A stretch of DNA of 64,000 nucleotides from a virus (IMGVR_UViG_3300046786_000748:40994-104993), one strand, 5' to 3'. Positions 48,383-58,572 are shown, counted from the first letter of the stretch. Notes: a model not told the origin generated them from the letters alone. A program made the numbers and translations.

Positions 48383-48946
48383 TTACCAACTTTGTATTGC
48401 TCCCGAGAAGTTTCCACTGTGACCTCTTTTAGATTGATCTAAAATAGCTTTAAAATTCTTATTAAAAAGTTTAGATAAATCCGGACCTACTGACGGTTGA
48501 ATTTCTTCAACTACTTCTTCGGTTTGAGGTTGATCAATAGAAATGTTAGATTCGTTTAAAATTTCTTTCATTTCACCTAGAAACTCTTTAGAAACTCCTA
48601 CTTTAGAAAATTGTGGTAACGGAACTCCTTCATCTATTCCAGTCTGCGGAAGGCCAGGGGTAGTTTCATTCAGAATCGCATTTAAAATTGGGTCTTTAGC
48701 ATACTTTTTAACAACTTTTTTCTGTGGTTGTATAGGGGCTGGTGTTTTTCTCGGAACGGGTACAGCATCTGGATCAGAAGCTACATCCTCTCTGACTAAT
48801 GTTTGTTGAACAGGTGCAGAAGGTCTTTGACCCAACATTTCGAACAATAACTTTGGTAATTGTTTAGATACTTGACGTTGAACTTCACGTTCAACTTCTT
48901 CAAGTACGAGTTGTCTAATTACAGCTTTGAATTCGCTTGCTTTCAT
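48383..48946 (-). CDS. Hypothetical late protein
   Basis: Leader MKASEFKAVIRQLVLEEVE; ILNAILNET; TATTTATA at 48951-48958. Confidence 0.7.
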   Translation of the reverse strand: MKASEFKAVIRQLVLEEVEREVQRQVSKQLPKLLFEMLGQRPSAPVQQTLVREDVASDPDAVPVPRKTPAPIQPQKKVVKKYAKDPILNAILNETTPGLPQTGIDEGVPLPQFSKVGVSKEFLGEMKEILNESNISIDQPQTEEVVEEIQPSVGPDLSKLFNKNFKAILDQSKRGHSGNFSGAIQSW

Positions 48947-48969
48947 GGTTTATAAATATGTGTGTATTC

Positions 48970-50589
48970 TTACGAAGGTCTATAATTTTTCCCCTTAAAC
49001 CCGCCCGGGACGCCCGTTCCAGACTTAGTATCTATCTTAACTGGGTCTACACCGTCTTGGATTTTACCACCATCCTTGCCTGGTGCTAATCCACCACCAG
49101 TCACAAACACTCTTCTACTCATTAGAGTATGTAGTTTATCCCTCAAAGATATCAATGCCTGTTGTTGTACAGGGAGTTGTGTCTGAGAAGGAGATTCTTG
49201 ACCAGCATCTACATGTGAGTGTCTATACCAATGGGTATGTGCAAGTAACCAATTACAAAGTTCATACAACCAATTAACGGTTGTTTGACCCAATAATACA
49301 GGTTCGTCGGTTATATTGTATTCGCCTAAGTAAATTGATGGAGAGTTAATTACAGTTTTTTGATTTGTGTTTAAAACCAATTGGTCATGTGAATCAACTG
49401 TAAATTCGGAATCGGTCACTATTCCGAATCTCTTCTTGGAATACATGAAGGTTTCTGCTAATCTAGAAGACATTATGATTCTATCCGTATTGATAACAAT
49501 CTGATCCTTATCCAATTGTGGGAATTTAAACTCAGAACATCCAGATGGTGAGAATGATCCTTGTTCTTCTTTTTTTTCTTCCCACATCTGTTTGTAACAC
49601 GTAGTTACCCACTTCGTAATAGTCTGTCCTGATGTTATAGCAATGGTAGAACCATCATTATTTATGTCTTCCTCAAGAACTCCGCCCACATTTTTCTCTA
49701 ATTTAGTTCCGACAGCCGGTGGAAGTTTTTTATGAGCTTTGTAAACCTGTTCATGTTTCAAGATAGGTCGTTGACGATTACGAATAATAATCATCGGATT
49801 GCCTCCGCCAGTAGGTTTCTTAGTAAAAGGATTGTCTATTTCATTGTAGTAATCTTTGTATTCCTTTAATCCAGTGTCGTTTTCTCGTTTATTGTCATAC
49901 GCAGCAAAACGAATAGATTGACCGAATCTACTTTCAAACACCAAATCTCCCTCAAATCGTTTTATTGTTCTTATATTCTTATTTACCCAAAAATACCTTC
50001 CGACTACACCTTCAAATCCATATCCCCCACTATGCCTAGATTTGGAAGATGGACCTTTAAACTCTGTATTTGGTTCATTTAATTCTCGGTTTCCTTTTTG
50101 AATCCCGTTTTGTGTAAATCCACCAAGTAACTGTTCTAACCCAAACCTTTCATTCGAATGAACGTGGTTATATTGATTCAACTTTCTTGTATAAAAAACT
50201 TGATCTAGGTATTTTACAACAACCACCACTTCATTTATTAATGGATATTCACTTACATTAGATTCTAGTGGATATGCCCAAACCAATTGCTCCTTTTCAA
50301 CCTTATTCTGTGTAAAGACAGTTCTGACCAACACTCTTCCAATCCAAGAGTAATCCACATCATCTGGCAACGGTTTCTTGCCTTCCACATCTGAAGGTAA
50401 CCTGTCAAAATCAATTTTAGTCAGTTCTTTGTTCTGAAAAATTTTATGGGTTTCATCAAGTATTACATCTAAAACCACAGCCGGTTCGAATTCATAAAAT
50501 TCATTGCTGTTAACCGGACTTTGTGATAAATTATCAAATCTATCCAAAGATTGGTAATTCTTAGCCGAAGTTTTTTTCCAATATGACAT
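48970..50589 (-). CDS. Baseplate hub/central spike, gp5-like without lysozyme
   Basis: N-terminal OB-like (AYPL...YPLINEVV), FEGD.VFESRFGQSIRF, beta-helix-like repeats, apex HTHWYRHSH. Confidence 0.7.
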   Translation of the reverse strand: MSYWKKTSAKNYQSLDRFDNLSQSPVNSNEFYEFEPAVVLDVILDETHKIFQNKELTKIDFDRLPSDVEGKKPLPDDVDYSWIGRVLVRTVFTQNKVEKEQLVWAYPLESNVSEYPLINEVVVVVKYLDQVFYTRKLNQYNHVHSNERFGLEQLLGGFTQNGIQKGNRELNEPNTEFKGPSSKSRHSGGYGFEGVVGRYFWVNKNIRTIKRFEGDLVFESRFGQSIRFAAYDNKRENDTGLKEYKDYYNEIDNPFTKKPTGGGNPMIIIRNRQRPILKHEQVYKAHKKLPPAVGTKLEKNVGGVLEEDINNDGSTIAITSGQTITKWVTTCYKQMWEEKKEEQGSFSPSGCSEFKFPQLDKDQIVINTDRIIMSSRLAETFMYSKKRFGIVTDSEFTVDSHDQLVLNTNQKTVINSPSIYLGEYNITDEPVLLGQTTVNWLYELCNWLLAHTHWYRHSHVDAGQESPSQTQLPVQQQALISLRDKLHTLMSRRVFVTGGGLAPGKDGGKIQDGVDPVKIDTKSGTGVPGGFKGKNYRPS

Positions 50590-50591
50590 GG

Positions 50592-50969
50592 TTATTTAGG
50601 TTCGGGGGTTTTAACTTCTGGAAGTTTTTCTTTAGTTGACAAATTGACTTCTTTGATGGTTTTTAACAACTGTTCCTTCTCAGCATCACTCAATATACCT
50701 CCAGAATCTTCTCCGCTTGACTGAGCCGATATAAGTCGTTGAACGACTGCTGCTAATTTTACTAACTCGTCGTCGTTTTTGATTCCTATATCTAAATAAG
50801 TTTGAATAATTGGAGCCAGAACGATAGCATCATTAATAGTTTTTATTTGGTCACGAAGGTCTGAAATCACTATATCAATTTGATCACGTTTATTTTCCGT
50901 ATTCGTAACAATATCTTTCATCAAATCTTTATATGATTTACCTTCAAAAAGTTCAAATTCTACACTCAT
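50592..50969 (-). CDS. Helical hypothetical protein
   Basis: 125 aa ending ILSDAEKEQLL; TATTTATT at 50975-50982. Confidence 0.7.
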   Translation of the reverse strand: MSVEFELFEGKSYKDLMKDIVTNTENKRDQIDIVISDLRDQIKTINDAIVLAPIIQTYLDIGIKNDDELVKLAAVVQRLISAQSSGEDSGGILSDAEKEQLLKTIKEVNLSTKEKLPEVKTPEPK

Positions 50970-50984
50970 ACGTTAATAAATAGA

Positions 50985-51012
50985 AAACCATACTGAAAAT
51001 ACAGTATGGTTT
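50985..51012 (-). terminator. Terminator after sigma factor
   Basis: aaaccatactg...cagtatggttt inverted repeat. Confidence 0.7.
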
Positions 51013-51040
51013 GGTGGTTTATAAGACTTTTACGTTAAAA

Positions 51041-51964
51041 TTAAGCTTTAGATAAAGACAAGGAATTAGAGATTGTTCCTGTAGATAAATAGGATTTACT
51101 CAAATTTATATGACACGTTTTCATTTTATTTATAACCTTAGTAATTTGTTGGGTTTTACAATTGGAGATTTCTCTAATGTATAAATATAAAGCTTTCTTA
51201 TTGAAAGCATCAATTCTATCTGACCGTCTAAATAACTCTATAACTGCATTTGCTATATTTAAATCCCTCGGTTTTGTAAAAATCTTATTTACGTTTTGTT
51301 CCCAATACCCTATCATCAACCGCATAAACTCAGACATTTCTGCTTCTTTATGATATTTGTCTTCGGATTGAAGTTGAATGGTATGTTCTTCTTTCTCCTC
51401 GCCAATTTCTACAGAAGAATTAAATCGTTTGTAATTAGAATTGTTAAGAAATATAAAATAATGTTTAGCTACAATTGAAAAATAAGCAAATGCTTTACCT
51501 TTGCTTTTTTCAAATCTGTGCATGTTTGCTACTAAATGAGAAATGGCCTCTTTTTGAACATCTAACGGACCTGTTTCAAAGTAAGAGAACTTAAACGTAT
51601 TGAAAACATTTTCAACAAGCTTTTCAAATGGAAATTTAATTCTAGTCTCAAAGATATATTCTCGTTCTTCCATCCCATCTGTGTGATTGTATAATTCTAT
51701 GGCATCTTCTGTATCTTGTGTAAAATACATTTTATTAGAAGATTTCTTGCGTTTTCTAGTAGGTTTGACTTCGGCTACAACGGGGTTTGTTTCAACAACA
51801 GACGGTTTTTGTAAAGAAGGTTTTTTAACTCTTTTTTGACTTTTATAACACTTTTTTTCAAACAAACGTTCTTTATTATTTTTTGTTTGTTTCTTGATTT
51901 TCTTTGGTATGTTAAGTTTCTTAGTAATGCGTTTCTTCATAGAGTTATTGTTCAATTCTATCAT
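51041..51964 (-). CDS. gp55: Late-transcription sigma factor, T4 gp55-like
   Basis: YFTQDTEDAI..YN, F.KLVEN, FSYF, RFEKSKGKAFAYFSIVAKHYFI (sigma region 2-like); Lys-rich N-terminal extension; start may be 51940. Confidence 0.75.
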   Translation of the reverse strand: MIELNNNSMKKRITKKLNIPKKIKKQTKNNKERLFEKKCYKSQKRVKKPSLQKPSVVETNPVVAEVKPTRKRKKSSNKMYFTQDTEDAIELYNHTDGMEEREYIFETRIKFPFEKLVENVFNTFKFSYFETGPLDVQKEAISHLVANMHRFEKSKGKAFAYFSIVAKHYFIFLNNSNYKRFNSSVEIGEEKEEHTIQLQSEDKYHKEAEMSEFMRLMIGYWEQNVNKIFTKPRDLNIANAVIELFRRSDRIDAFNKKALYLYIREISNCKTQQITKVINKMKTCHINLSKSYLSTGTISNSLSLSKA

Positions 51965-52232
51965 TCAACCGTTTTAACAAATTGAGTAACTCTGAAAAAA
52001 CAACACCTACTTCATCATCTTTAAAGAAAATGCCTTTGTCATCCAGTTTTTTCATCTGGATGTAAGTGGCTCGTATAGCATTTCTAACAGATTCTATCCA
52101 CTCATCTGAGTCAATAACTAACTGTTCGTAGTTTTTGACTTTTTTAAGTTGAGCAGACAAAACTCTGTATAAGAATATGTTTATTAGTATAGATAATACT
52201 AGTCCTACTATAAGCAGCGTTGTTGTTAACAT
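51945..52232 (-). CDS. Small membrane protein
   Basis: N-terminal hydrophobic helix; D.KG.F..DDEVG.VF motif. Confidence 0.7.
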   Translation of the reverse strand: MLTTTLLIVGLVLSILINIFLYRVLSAQLKKVKNYEQLVIDSDEWIESVRNAIRATYIQMKKLDDKGIFFKDDEVGVVFSELLNLLKRLNDRIEQ

Positions 52233-52234
52233 AA

Positions 52235-52372
52235 TTACTCTTCGTCGGAGTATTTAGAACCGTCAATGTTTTCTTCCAAATACTGTTGAGCCTCTTTTAC
52301 GAGTTCCCAATCCCGATTTTCAACTGCCTCTTGTAATATTTCTAATACGTATTCGATATCGTCTCGATTCAT
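52235..52372 (-). CDS. 45-aa acidic hypothetical protein (not in ORF track)
   Basis: MNRDDIEYVLEILQEAVENRDWELVKEAQQYLEENIDGSKYSDEE; fills gap and abuts next gene. Confidence 0.6.
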   Translation of the reverse strand: MNRDDIEYVLEILQEAVENRDWELVKEAQQYLEENIDGSKYSDEE

Positions 52373-52463
52373 ATGAATTGAAAATACATAGTATCAATTA
52401 TTTACAAACGACAATTTTGTTATATGTTCTTACAATAGTACATTTTCATTAACATGTCAATCC

Positions 52464-53504
52464 TTATTGTTTGAACATTCGTTTAAAATAACTATCCATT
52501 CCTTGCGGTTCGTTTTTCAAAACAGTTGGATTTTCATTAGATACAATTTCTTGAGGAATATTCGAAACTTCTTCATTTTTAACCTCGTCCTGATTTGTGT
52601 GTCTAATTTCTTGAATTATAGGTTTGGTTTCTACAGGTCCAACAATTTCAAGTTCTTTCTTCACTTCTGATTCAATAACGGTCGTCGGTTCAATAATTCT
52701 ATCATCCTCTCTTCTGTAAACAGCAACATTATAAGCTAAAATTAATGCTATAGCTAACGGATCAAATACAAAAATTAAAGAGACAATAAACCACTTTGCC
52801 ACCGTATCCAAATCGGTTCCCAAAGCATCTGCCAAAAACTTAAAGGTTTGTATATCTTTCTTTTCAGCAGCCCCAAGTTTCATAGTATTAACTTTTTCAT
52901 CAATACTCAACATCTGATTTCTAGATTGTTCTATTTTACCATTCTCATTTTTAATATCTTCATTAGCTTGGTCAATCAACTTAATTGTTTGTTGTTGAAT
53001 CTGTTGGAGTTGAATTGGATTTCTCGCCAGAAATGTATTGGTTAATGCTTCAGAAAGTCTTGCTTCCTGAACAGTACGAGTTTGATTCAACACTTTTATT
53101 CGGTTTTCTGACAACTGAACTTGGTTTGTATAAAAACCTTTGGAGTGTTCAATTGAAGTAATTCTTTCTTGGTTTAATTTAAACTCCAAAGAAGATTTTT
53201 GATAAGCAGCAGATAAAAATCCAAATATACCAGCAGAAGTGATTACCATCAATGCTATTACAGCTGTAACTAAGTAAAGTTTAACTAATCCTATAGTTTT
53301 TTGCCAATATCTGTACAGAAATGTAGTAGCAACTAACTTTCCAACTTCTAAACTACCAGCCATAATCATAGCTGAAATTGCTGCTCCCGCAAACAAACTT
53401 CCAATACCATATACAGAGAAAAACGCTGCACATAGGGCTATTAACAAAGCAGTAAGTCCCAAAAATAATGGAAATCGTTTATTGGTAATTATTAAATCTT
53501 TCAT
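52464..53504 (-). CDS. Membrane protein with coiled coil
   Basis: Three N-terminal TM helices (FFSVYG.., SLEVGKLV), coiled coil, TM with VFDPLAIALILA. Confidence 0.75.
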   Translation of the reverse strand: MKDLIITNKRFPLFLGLTALLIALCAAFFSVYGIGSLFAGAAISAMIMAGSLEVGKLVATTFLYRYWQKTIGLVKLYLVTAVIALMVITSAGIFGFLSAAYQKSSLEFKLNQERITSIEHSKGFYTNQVQLSENRIKVLNQTRTVQEARLSEALTNTFLARNPIQLQQIQQQTIKLIDQANEDIKNENGKIEQSRNQMLSIDEKVNTMKLGAAEKKDIQTFKFLADALGTDLDTVAKWFIVSLIFVFDPLAIALILAYNVAVYRREDDRIIEPTTVIESEVKKELEIVGPVETKPIIQEIRHTNQDEVKNEEVSNIPQEIVSNENPTVLKNEPQGMDSYFKRMFKQ

Positions 53505-53532
53505 ATCTTCATAAATATGACCACTTAAAACA

Positions 53533-53563
53533 AAACTCTCCTTCTCAAAAGGAAGGAGAGTTT
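53533..53563 (-). terminator. Terminator after fibre genes
   Basis: aaactctccttc...gaaggagagttt. Confidence 0.75.
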
Positions 53564-53581
53564 ATTGTAAATGGTTTATCG

Positions 53582-55468
53582 TCAATTTTTTTCAACAGGA
53601 ATTTGGCTTACATTGTGACCAACCAACTTCTTGCTGCCAAGAACATAAGCTTTTCTATCAACTTCAAGATGTCTGAACAAACCACGTTTCAAAAAGTAAA
53701 CGTCGTCTATGCTAATATAGTTGCCACGGGAATCCATTATAAAATCGTGTTGTTTTAACTCGGTGACACGTTTCCACGTATTCTTTTCTACTAACCAAAG
53801 ATGGCTTATATCAACATCGTAGTTTTCTTCGTTGACAACGACTCTCCAAATATCAGCCTCTTCATTGTAAGCGTTAAATACTAAGTTCCAACCGTCTACA
53901 CCACGAAGATGCATTCCCTTTTCAACTTTTTCAGCAGGAATAAACCCCAATTCCAACGTTTCGATTTCTTGCCAGATAGCAGGACATCCTCCGCCGCCAC
54001 CACCTGATGGCGGAGTTGTTACTGGATTAGAAGGCGGAGTTACAGGAGGAATCAAAGCCGGTGTCCAAGGTGGAGCCACCGATGAATTAACTAAAATACC
54101 ATTGTTAAACGTCAAATACGTTCTACTTGCCACTCCATTTGGATCACTTGTATTGAAGACAATCCAAGTTCCTGAAACACCTTTTAAGTAATTTGCACCA
54201 TCTTTAACATAATATTCAGGAGAAGAAAAAGAACCAATTGTTTCTAATCTTGTTTGTGGTTGAGTAGTACCAATACCAACCTGACCAAGTTTTGTTACAT
54301 ATAACCCGAGATAAGTTAAATTTGTAGAAGGATTAGTTGCTTCTGTAACAAACATTGGAACAGTATCAGTAGTTGAACCGCTTACATGTAACCTCGCACC
54401 TACTCCTGTTCTTGACATTAAATGACCAACGCCTGCATATTCGTGTACAAACAAAGATCCACTAATATCAACAAGTGTATCATCTAAATTTGGTTTAATT
54501 ATTACATGTTCTCTTCTTCTTTGTAAACCGGATTCATACGTTCTAAACAACCAAGGTTCATCAGCGTCGTAATAATTCTCAAAAATCATTGAACCATGAT
54601 CCCAACTTCCATCGTAATATGAAGAACTGAAATAAATTCTACAATCGTCCTGAGCCAATTGATTTGAAAAAATCAACATAGGACTCATTGATTTTTTAAT
54701 AGAAGATTCATCATCTCCGGAAAAAGCAGCACTTCCGGTTATGATTATATGACCACCCATATAAACCATACCCACTTTTAATACATTTTTTGCATTAAAT
54801 GTATTAACCGCTTCGGTTTCATCAGTAGCTCCTATAACAATCATCTGTCCATTATCCCAAACAGTACTGTTTTCAAGTGGTTGATTTACTCCAGTAGAAC
54901 TCCATTTGGTAACGTAATTGTCTGTTCCTGTTCCGGAAATACCAACACCGCCTTGAATATTCAATGCAACAGATGCTACTGAAGCTGTTAAAGCATAAGA
55001 AGCCGAACCATTCAAAACGCCTGTGGTGTTCCAATTTGGGTCGTGATGTAAATAAGAAGCGGTTTTGGATAGAGAAGCGGTTATGTTAAAAACCTTGTTG
55101 GGTAGATTATCGGCGTTTGCTGCCCAAGATGATGTTCCTGTAACATTGATTGTATTTGCTGGTAATGGTTCTATCGGACTTACATAAGTTGAATAAGTTG
55201 ATCTAGAAGCATAACTAGAGGAAATTCCTAATCTAGAAAATTCTGAAAAAAATGAATACGAAGAAGTCAACGACCTTACTGTAAAACTTCCTGATAAAGC
55301 ATATGAAGCACTTCTTACAGGTTTAAGTGAACCTGAAAGATAATCACTTACCGTATCAAATGTAGCTCTTTTAGTAGTATTTGAACCGCTATCATTCACT
55401 ACGATATAATCATCGAGCGTTATTTGCTGTAAAACTGCTAATTCACTGACTTTAATTGGTATGCTCAT
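53582..55468 (-). CDS. Tail-fibre protein with C-terminal Hint (intein-like) domain
   Basis: IKVSEL..DD....D N-terminal anchor, SASYA repeats, GQVGIGTTQP fibre repeats, Pro linker, GGGGGG|CPA...H....VGHN. Confidence 0.75.
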   Translation of the reverse strand: MSIPIKVSELAVLQQITLDDYIVVNDSGSNTTKRATFDTVSDYLSGSLKPVRSASYALSGSFTVRSLTSSYSFFSEFSRLGISSSYASRSTYSTYVSPIEPLPANTINVTGTSSWAANADNLPNKVFNITASLSKTASYLHHDPNWNTTGVLNGSASYALTASVASVALNIQGGVGISGTGTDNYVTKWSSTGVNQPLENSTVWDNGQMIVIGATDETEAVNTFNAKNVLKVGMVYMGGHIIITGSAAFSGDDESSIKKSMSPMLIFSNQLAQDDCRIYFSSSYYDGSWDHGSMIFENYYDADEPWLFRTYESGLQRRREHVIIKPNLDDTLVDISGSLFVHEYAGVGHLMSRTGVGARLHVSGSTTDTVPMFVTEATNPSTNLTYLGLYVTKLGQVGIGTTQPQTRLETIGSFSSPEYYVKDGANYLKGVSGTWIVFNTSDPNGVASRTYLTFNNGILVNSSVAPPWTPALIPPVTPPSNPVTTPPSGGGGGGCPAIWQEIETLELGFIPAEKVEKGMHLRGVDGWNLVFNAYNEEADIWRVVVNEENYDVDISHLWLVEKNTWKRVTELKQHDFIMDSRGNYISIDDVYFLKRGLFRHLEVDRKAYVLGSKKLVGHNVSQIPVEKN

Positions 55469-55476
55469 ATATCAAA

Positions 55477-56928
55477 TTAGAATGGAGGGTATGCAGTTTG
55501 AACTACAGTAGTATCAGTTTTTGAATACAAGAAGAAAGAAGTTCCTCTGGTTGTATCTAACAATGCTCCTCCTGAAGCACGAACAACCAATCTCCACCAA
55601 CTTCCTGATACATTAGGCCAATCATGTGCCAAAGTGGCAGATGTTCTGTTATATCCGCTTATAGCTCCTGATACAGCCAATACTAAATTTATGTAATTGT
55701 TTGGTTTTGTTGTATCAAGAGGACCAAACGACCATGTATTAAATGGTTCAGTATATTCCAAGAACAATTCTACTTGAGCTGAATCTGTATCTGTAGTCGT
55801 AATCGGACATTTAACATCAAATAATGCCATGATTATTATAGTATTACCAGCAATTGTTGATGGTCTGATAATAAAGTTTTGAACATATTGTTCTGATGTG
55901 GTATTGTAACCACCCGCATCTGTAGATTTGTATGGGCCCCAGATTCGATATACATTGGTATCAATTACTGTATCAGAGATCCTAGAATGAGAAGAAGTTC
56001 CGTTGCAATACGATGTGGTTATAGCATATGAAGAAGTACCAACACAATGAGAAGATGTTACAGCATAGCTAGAATTTAAAGACTGTGATGACCATGAAGA
56101 CGATAACGATATTGGAGCATAACCTGCCACTCCTGCTCGATCTGACCAATCGCAAGTTAAAGCATAACTTGCGGTTCCATTGTAATTTCCTTCATAACGT
56201 AAGAAATAAGATTGAGAAGAAATATATGATCTACTTGCATAACTAGAACTGATAGCAAACGACGCAGTTCCGTTAGGTCTAGTAAGATTGTAAATCAAAT
56301 AGGACGCTGAATCTACTTGTTCTGCTTTTAAAGCCAATGAAGCTGTTCCGTTAGGTCTAGAACCATTATACAATAAATAAGATGCGGTGTCACTGTAAGC
56401 AGCTGAACAAGGACAGTTTAAAGCATAACTTGCAGTTCCATTTGGAACTCCAGTATACCAAATATAAGAAGATGTTCTAGCGTTTTCAACATAAGATGCA
56501 GTTAATGCATAAGACGCTGAACCGTTGTAGTATCCTTGATAAAGAAGATGAGATGCTGTCAATGCATTTGTTGCATTGGCAACATCCCCATCAACATTAT
56601 CTCCATCAATATAAGAAGCTGTATCTGCATAAATCGAAATGCCAGCTACATCGGCCCAACTGGCTGATAAAGCATAACTTGAAGATATAGCGAAACTAGC
56701 TGTTCCGTTTGTCCTCCAAGGAACCCAAATTAAATAAGATGCAGAATCAGAATTATAAGCATAAGATGATGTAATATCATTTGGATCGCTTAAAATCCAA
56801 TTTTTGAGTGTCTGAAATCTGAGTTTTTTTGACTCAAGAACACTTACATCAGTAGTTAAAGTCAAGTCATCAGGCTGAATTTCTATTGCCTGTAACTCAT
56901 TTAACTCAGATAGACGTTTATTTGCCAT
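55477..56928 (-). CDS. Tail-fibre-like protein with ASYL..NGTASYA repeats
   Basis: KRLSELNEL N-terminal anchor; about 6 NG(T/S)AS repeats; TATTTATA at 56951-56958. Confidence 0.7.
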   Translation of the reverse strand: MANKRLSELNELQAIEIQPDDLTLTTDVSVLESKKLRFQTLKNWILSDPNDITSSYAYNSDSASYLIWVPWRTNGTASFAISSSYALSASWADVAGISIYADTASYIDGDNVDGDVANATNALTASHLLYQGYYNGSASYALTASYVENARTSSYIWYTGVPNGTASYALNCPCSAAYSDTASYLLYNGSRPNGTASLALKAEQVDSASYLIYNLTRPNGTASFAISSSYASRSYISSQSYFLRYEGNYNGTASYALTCDWSDRAGVAGYAPISLSSSWSSQSLNSSYAVTSSHCVGTSSYAITTSYCNGTSSHSRISDTVIDTNVYRIWGPYKSTDAGGYNTTSEQYVQNFIIRPSTIAGNTIIIMALFDVKCPITTTDTDSAQVELFLEYTEPFNTWSFGPLDTTKPNNYINLVLAVSGAISGYNRTSATLAHDWPNVSGSWWRLVVRASGGALLDTTRGTSFFLYSKTDTTVVQTAYPPF

Positions 56929-56977
56929 AAATTACAATGATTGTATGGCGTATAAATATAGATGTATTTATGTTTTT

Positions 56978-57748
56978 TTACTTTTTAGAGTTTAATTCTT
57001 CTCTAGATTTCTTTATAATAAATCTGACAAGTCCGCTTCTAACAATGTCGTCTTCTGTAAATTTAAATACGTGAACTCCATTTTGGCGAGACTCTTCATC
57101 ATCAAACATATTCACCATCTTTACAAATCCGCTTTTACCATTAATATCCGTTTGTTCCGGATCTCCTAAAATAAATATTTTAGAAAACTCCCCCAATCTA
57201 GTAATTAATGTGAAAAGTTCTTTCCAGGTCATATTTTGAGCTTCATCGGCAATAATGACTTTGGCATTCCAGTTCAAACCTCTTAAAAATCCTACAGGAA
57301 TACTGGAAATTCTTCCATCTTTTTGTAAAACATCAATTTCGTTTTTAGGAAGTAATTCAATCAACTTATCCAACAAAGGTTGGAGATACGGAGCCATTTT
57401 TTCATCAGCTTCTCCTGGTAAATAACCAAGTTTGGAGTCAGAGGATTCTACAGCTGATCTAATATAAACCAAATCACTTACACGCTTTTCATCTATCATT
57501 TTTAATGCGTGGAGGACAGAAAGATATGTTTTAGAAGACCCTGCTGGTCCTGAAACAAACATAATTTTAGTATTTTTGTCCTTAGCTAACTCAAGAAACA
57601 ATTTTTGGTTTTCTGTTAGTTCTCTGTTGAATATTGATAGTGTGCCTCGAAACTTTGATCTTTGTGGAATAATCGGACTGTGATCTTCCTTTGGATTGTT
57701 GTTCTCTTCATTTCGGTTCTCCGGTGGTTTCGATTTCTTTTTCATCAT
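56978..57748 (-). CDS. phoH: PhoH-family protein
   Basis: GPAGSSKT, LGYLPG..DEKMAPY, FLRG, IADEAQN, TRLG, GDPEQTD, DIVRS. Confidence 0.93.
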   Translation of the reverse strand: MMKKKSKPPENRNEENNNPKEDHSPIIPQRSKFRGTLSIFNRELTENQKLFLELAKDKNTKIMFVSGPAGSSKTYLSVLHALKMIDEKRVSDLVYIRSAVESSDSKLGYLPGEADEKMAPYLQPLLDKLIELLPKNEIDVLQKDGRISSIPVGFLRGLNWNAKVIIADEAQNMTWKELFTLITRLGEFSKIFILGDPEQTDINGKSGFVKMVNMFDDEESRQNGVHVFKFTEDDIVRSGLVRFIIKKSREELNSKK

Positions 57749-58073
57749 TTAGATTTTTCAACAATGTTTGTAACCGAACTACTCTGGGACAGAGTTCATA
57801 ATGTTCTGATTCCAAGTAGAAGTTATAGATATGATCAACATTTTGCAAGTAATCTTTTTCAGCAAGAGCAATTATAAAACTGGAATCGTTGAAACTGAAT
57901 ACTTCAATAAACGAGAGTTTATTGTTTATAGCATATTCAATAGAAGACAAAGCTTTTTCGGTGAGACGGATTTTGTTTTTTTTGATATATGCTTCCATTA
58001 TTTCATTATCGGAAGGCAATACCATAGGAACATTTAACTCCGTTACCGACTTTGTATTTTTTTTGCGTGGCAT
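57708..58073 (-). CDS. Hypothetical protein
   Basis: FY.E.E.YELC motif; TATTTATT at 58091-58098. Confidence 0.7.
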   Translation of the reverse strand: MPRKKNTKSVTELNVPMVLPSDNEIMEAYIKKNKIRLTEKALSSIEYAINNKLSFIEVFSFNDSSFIIALAEKDYLQNVDHIYNFYLESEHYELCPRVVRLQTLLKNLNDEKEIETTGEPK

Positions 58074-58125
58074 AAATCAATCACGTCATTAATAAATAGA
58101 AACATTAAACACAACTTACAAAAAT

Positions 58126-58159
58126 AAAAAGACAGAGATGTTTTTTATCTCTGTCTTTT
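58126..58159. terminator. Hairpin terminator
   Basis: aaaagacagagat...atctctgtctttt. Confidence 0.75.
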
Positions 58160-58177
58160 CACTAAACATTTGTATAT

Positions 58178-58402
58178 TTATCCTAACTTAAGCTGTTCTG
58201 ATTTATGAGCCGCGGCTTTTGCCCACATCTTTAAAGTTTTAGTACTTGCTTTTTTATAAGTCGAACCGACTTTCAAAAGAGTTTGAATCTCTTCATCGGA
58301 AGTAGCCTCTTCAATTCGTTGAAGCAAACTCTTTTCTTCGCTTGCTCTTCTATCTTCTTCTTTGAATTCGGATAGACCACTAACAATCAAAGGCGGATTC
58401 AT
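58178..58402 (-). CDS. Small hypothetical protein
   Basis: Overlapping stop/start packing in an early-type operon. Confidence 0.65.
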   Translation of the reverse strand: MNPPLIVSGLSEFKEEDRRASEEKSLLQRIEEATSDEEIQTLLKVGSTYKKASTKTLKMWAKAAAHKSEQLKLG

Positions 58403-58569
58403 TATTTTACCTCCTCAATTCGTACTTTTGTTCCATCAGGCCAACGTTTTAGAATGGTTTCCCATCTCTCCAATTCCTTTTTAGCCTCTTCAAGAGTTAA
58501 TTCCTCGGTTGTAATAGGCCTGTCATTACGCATGACAATATATTTAGCCCTTTTATCTGTTACTTCCAT
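58402..58569 (-). CDS. 55-aa hypothetical protein (not in ORF track)
   Basis: MEVTDKRAKYIVMRNDRPIT...WPDGTKVRIEEVK; TAATG overlap with next gene. Confidence 0.6.
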   Translation of the reverse strand: MEVTDKRAKYIVMRNDRPITTEELTLEEAKKELERWETILKRWPDGTKVRIEEVK

Positions 58570-58572
58570 ACA

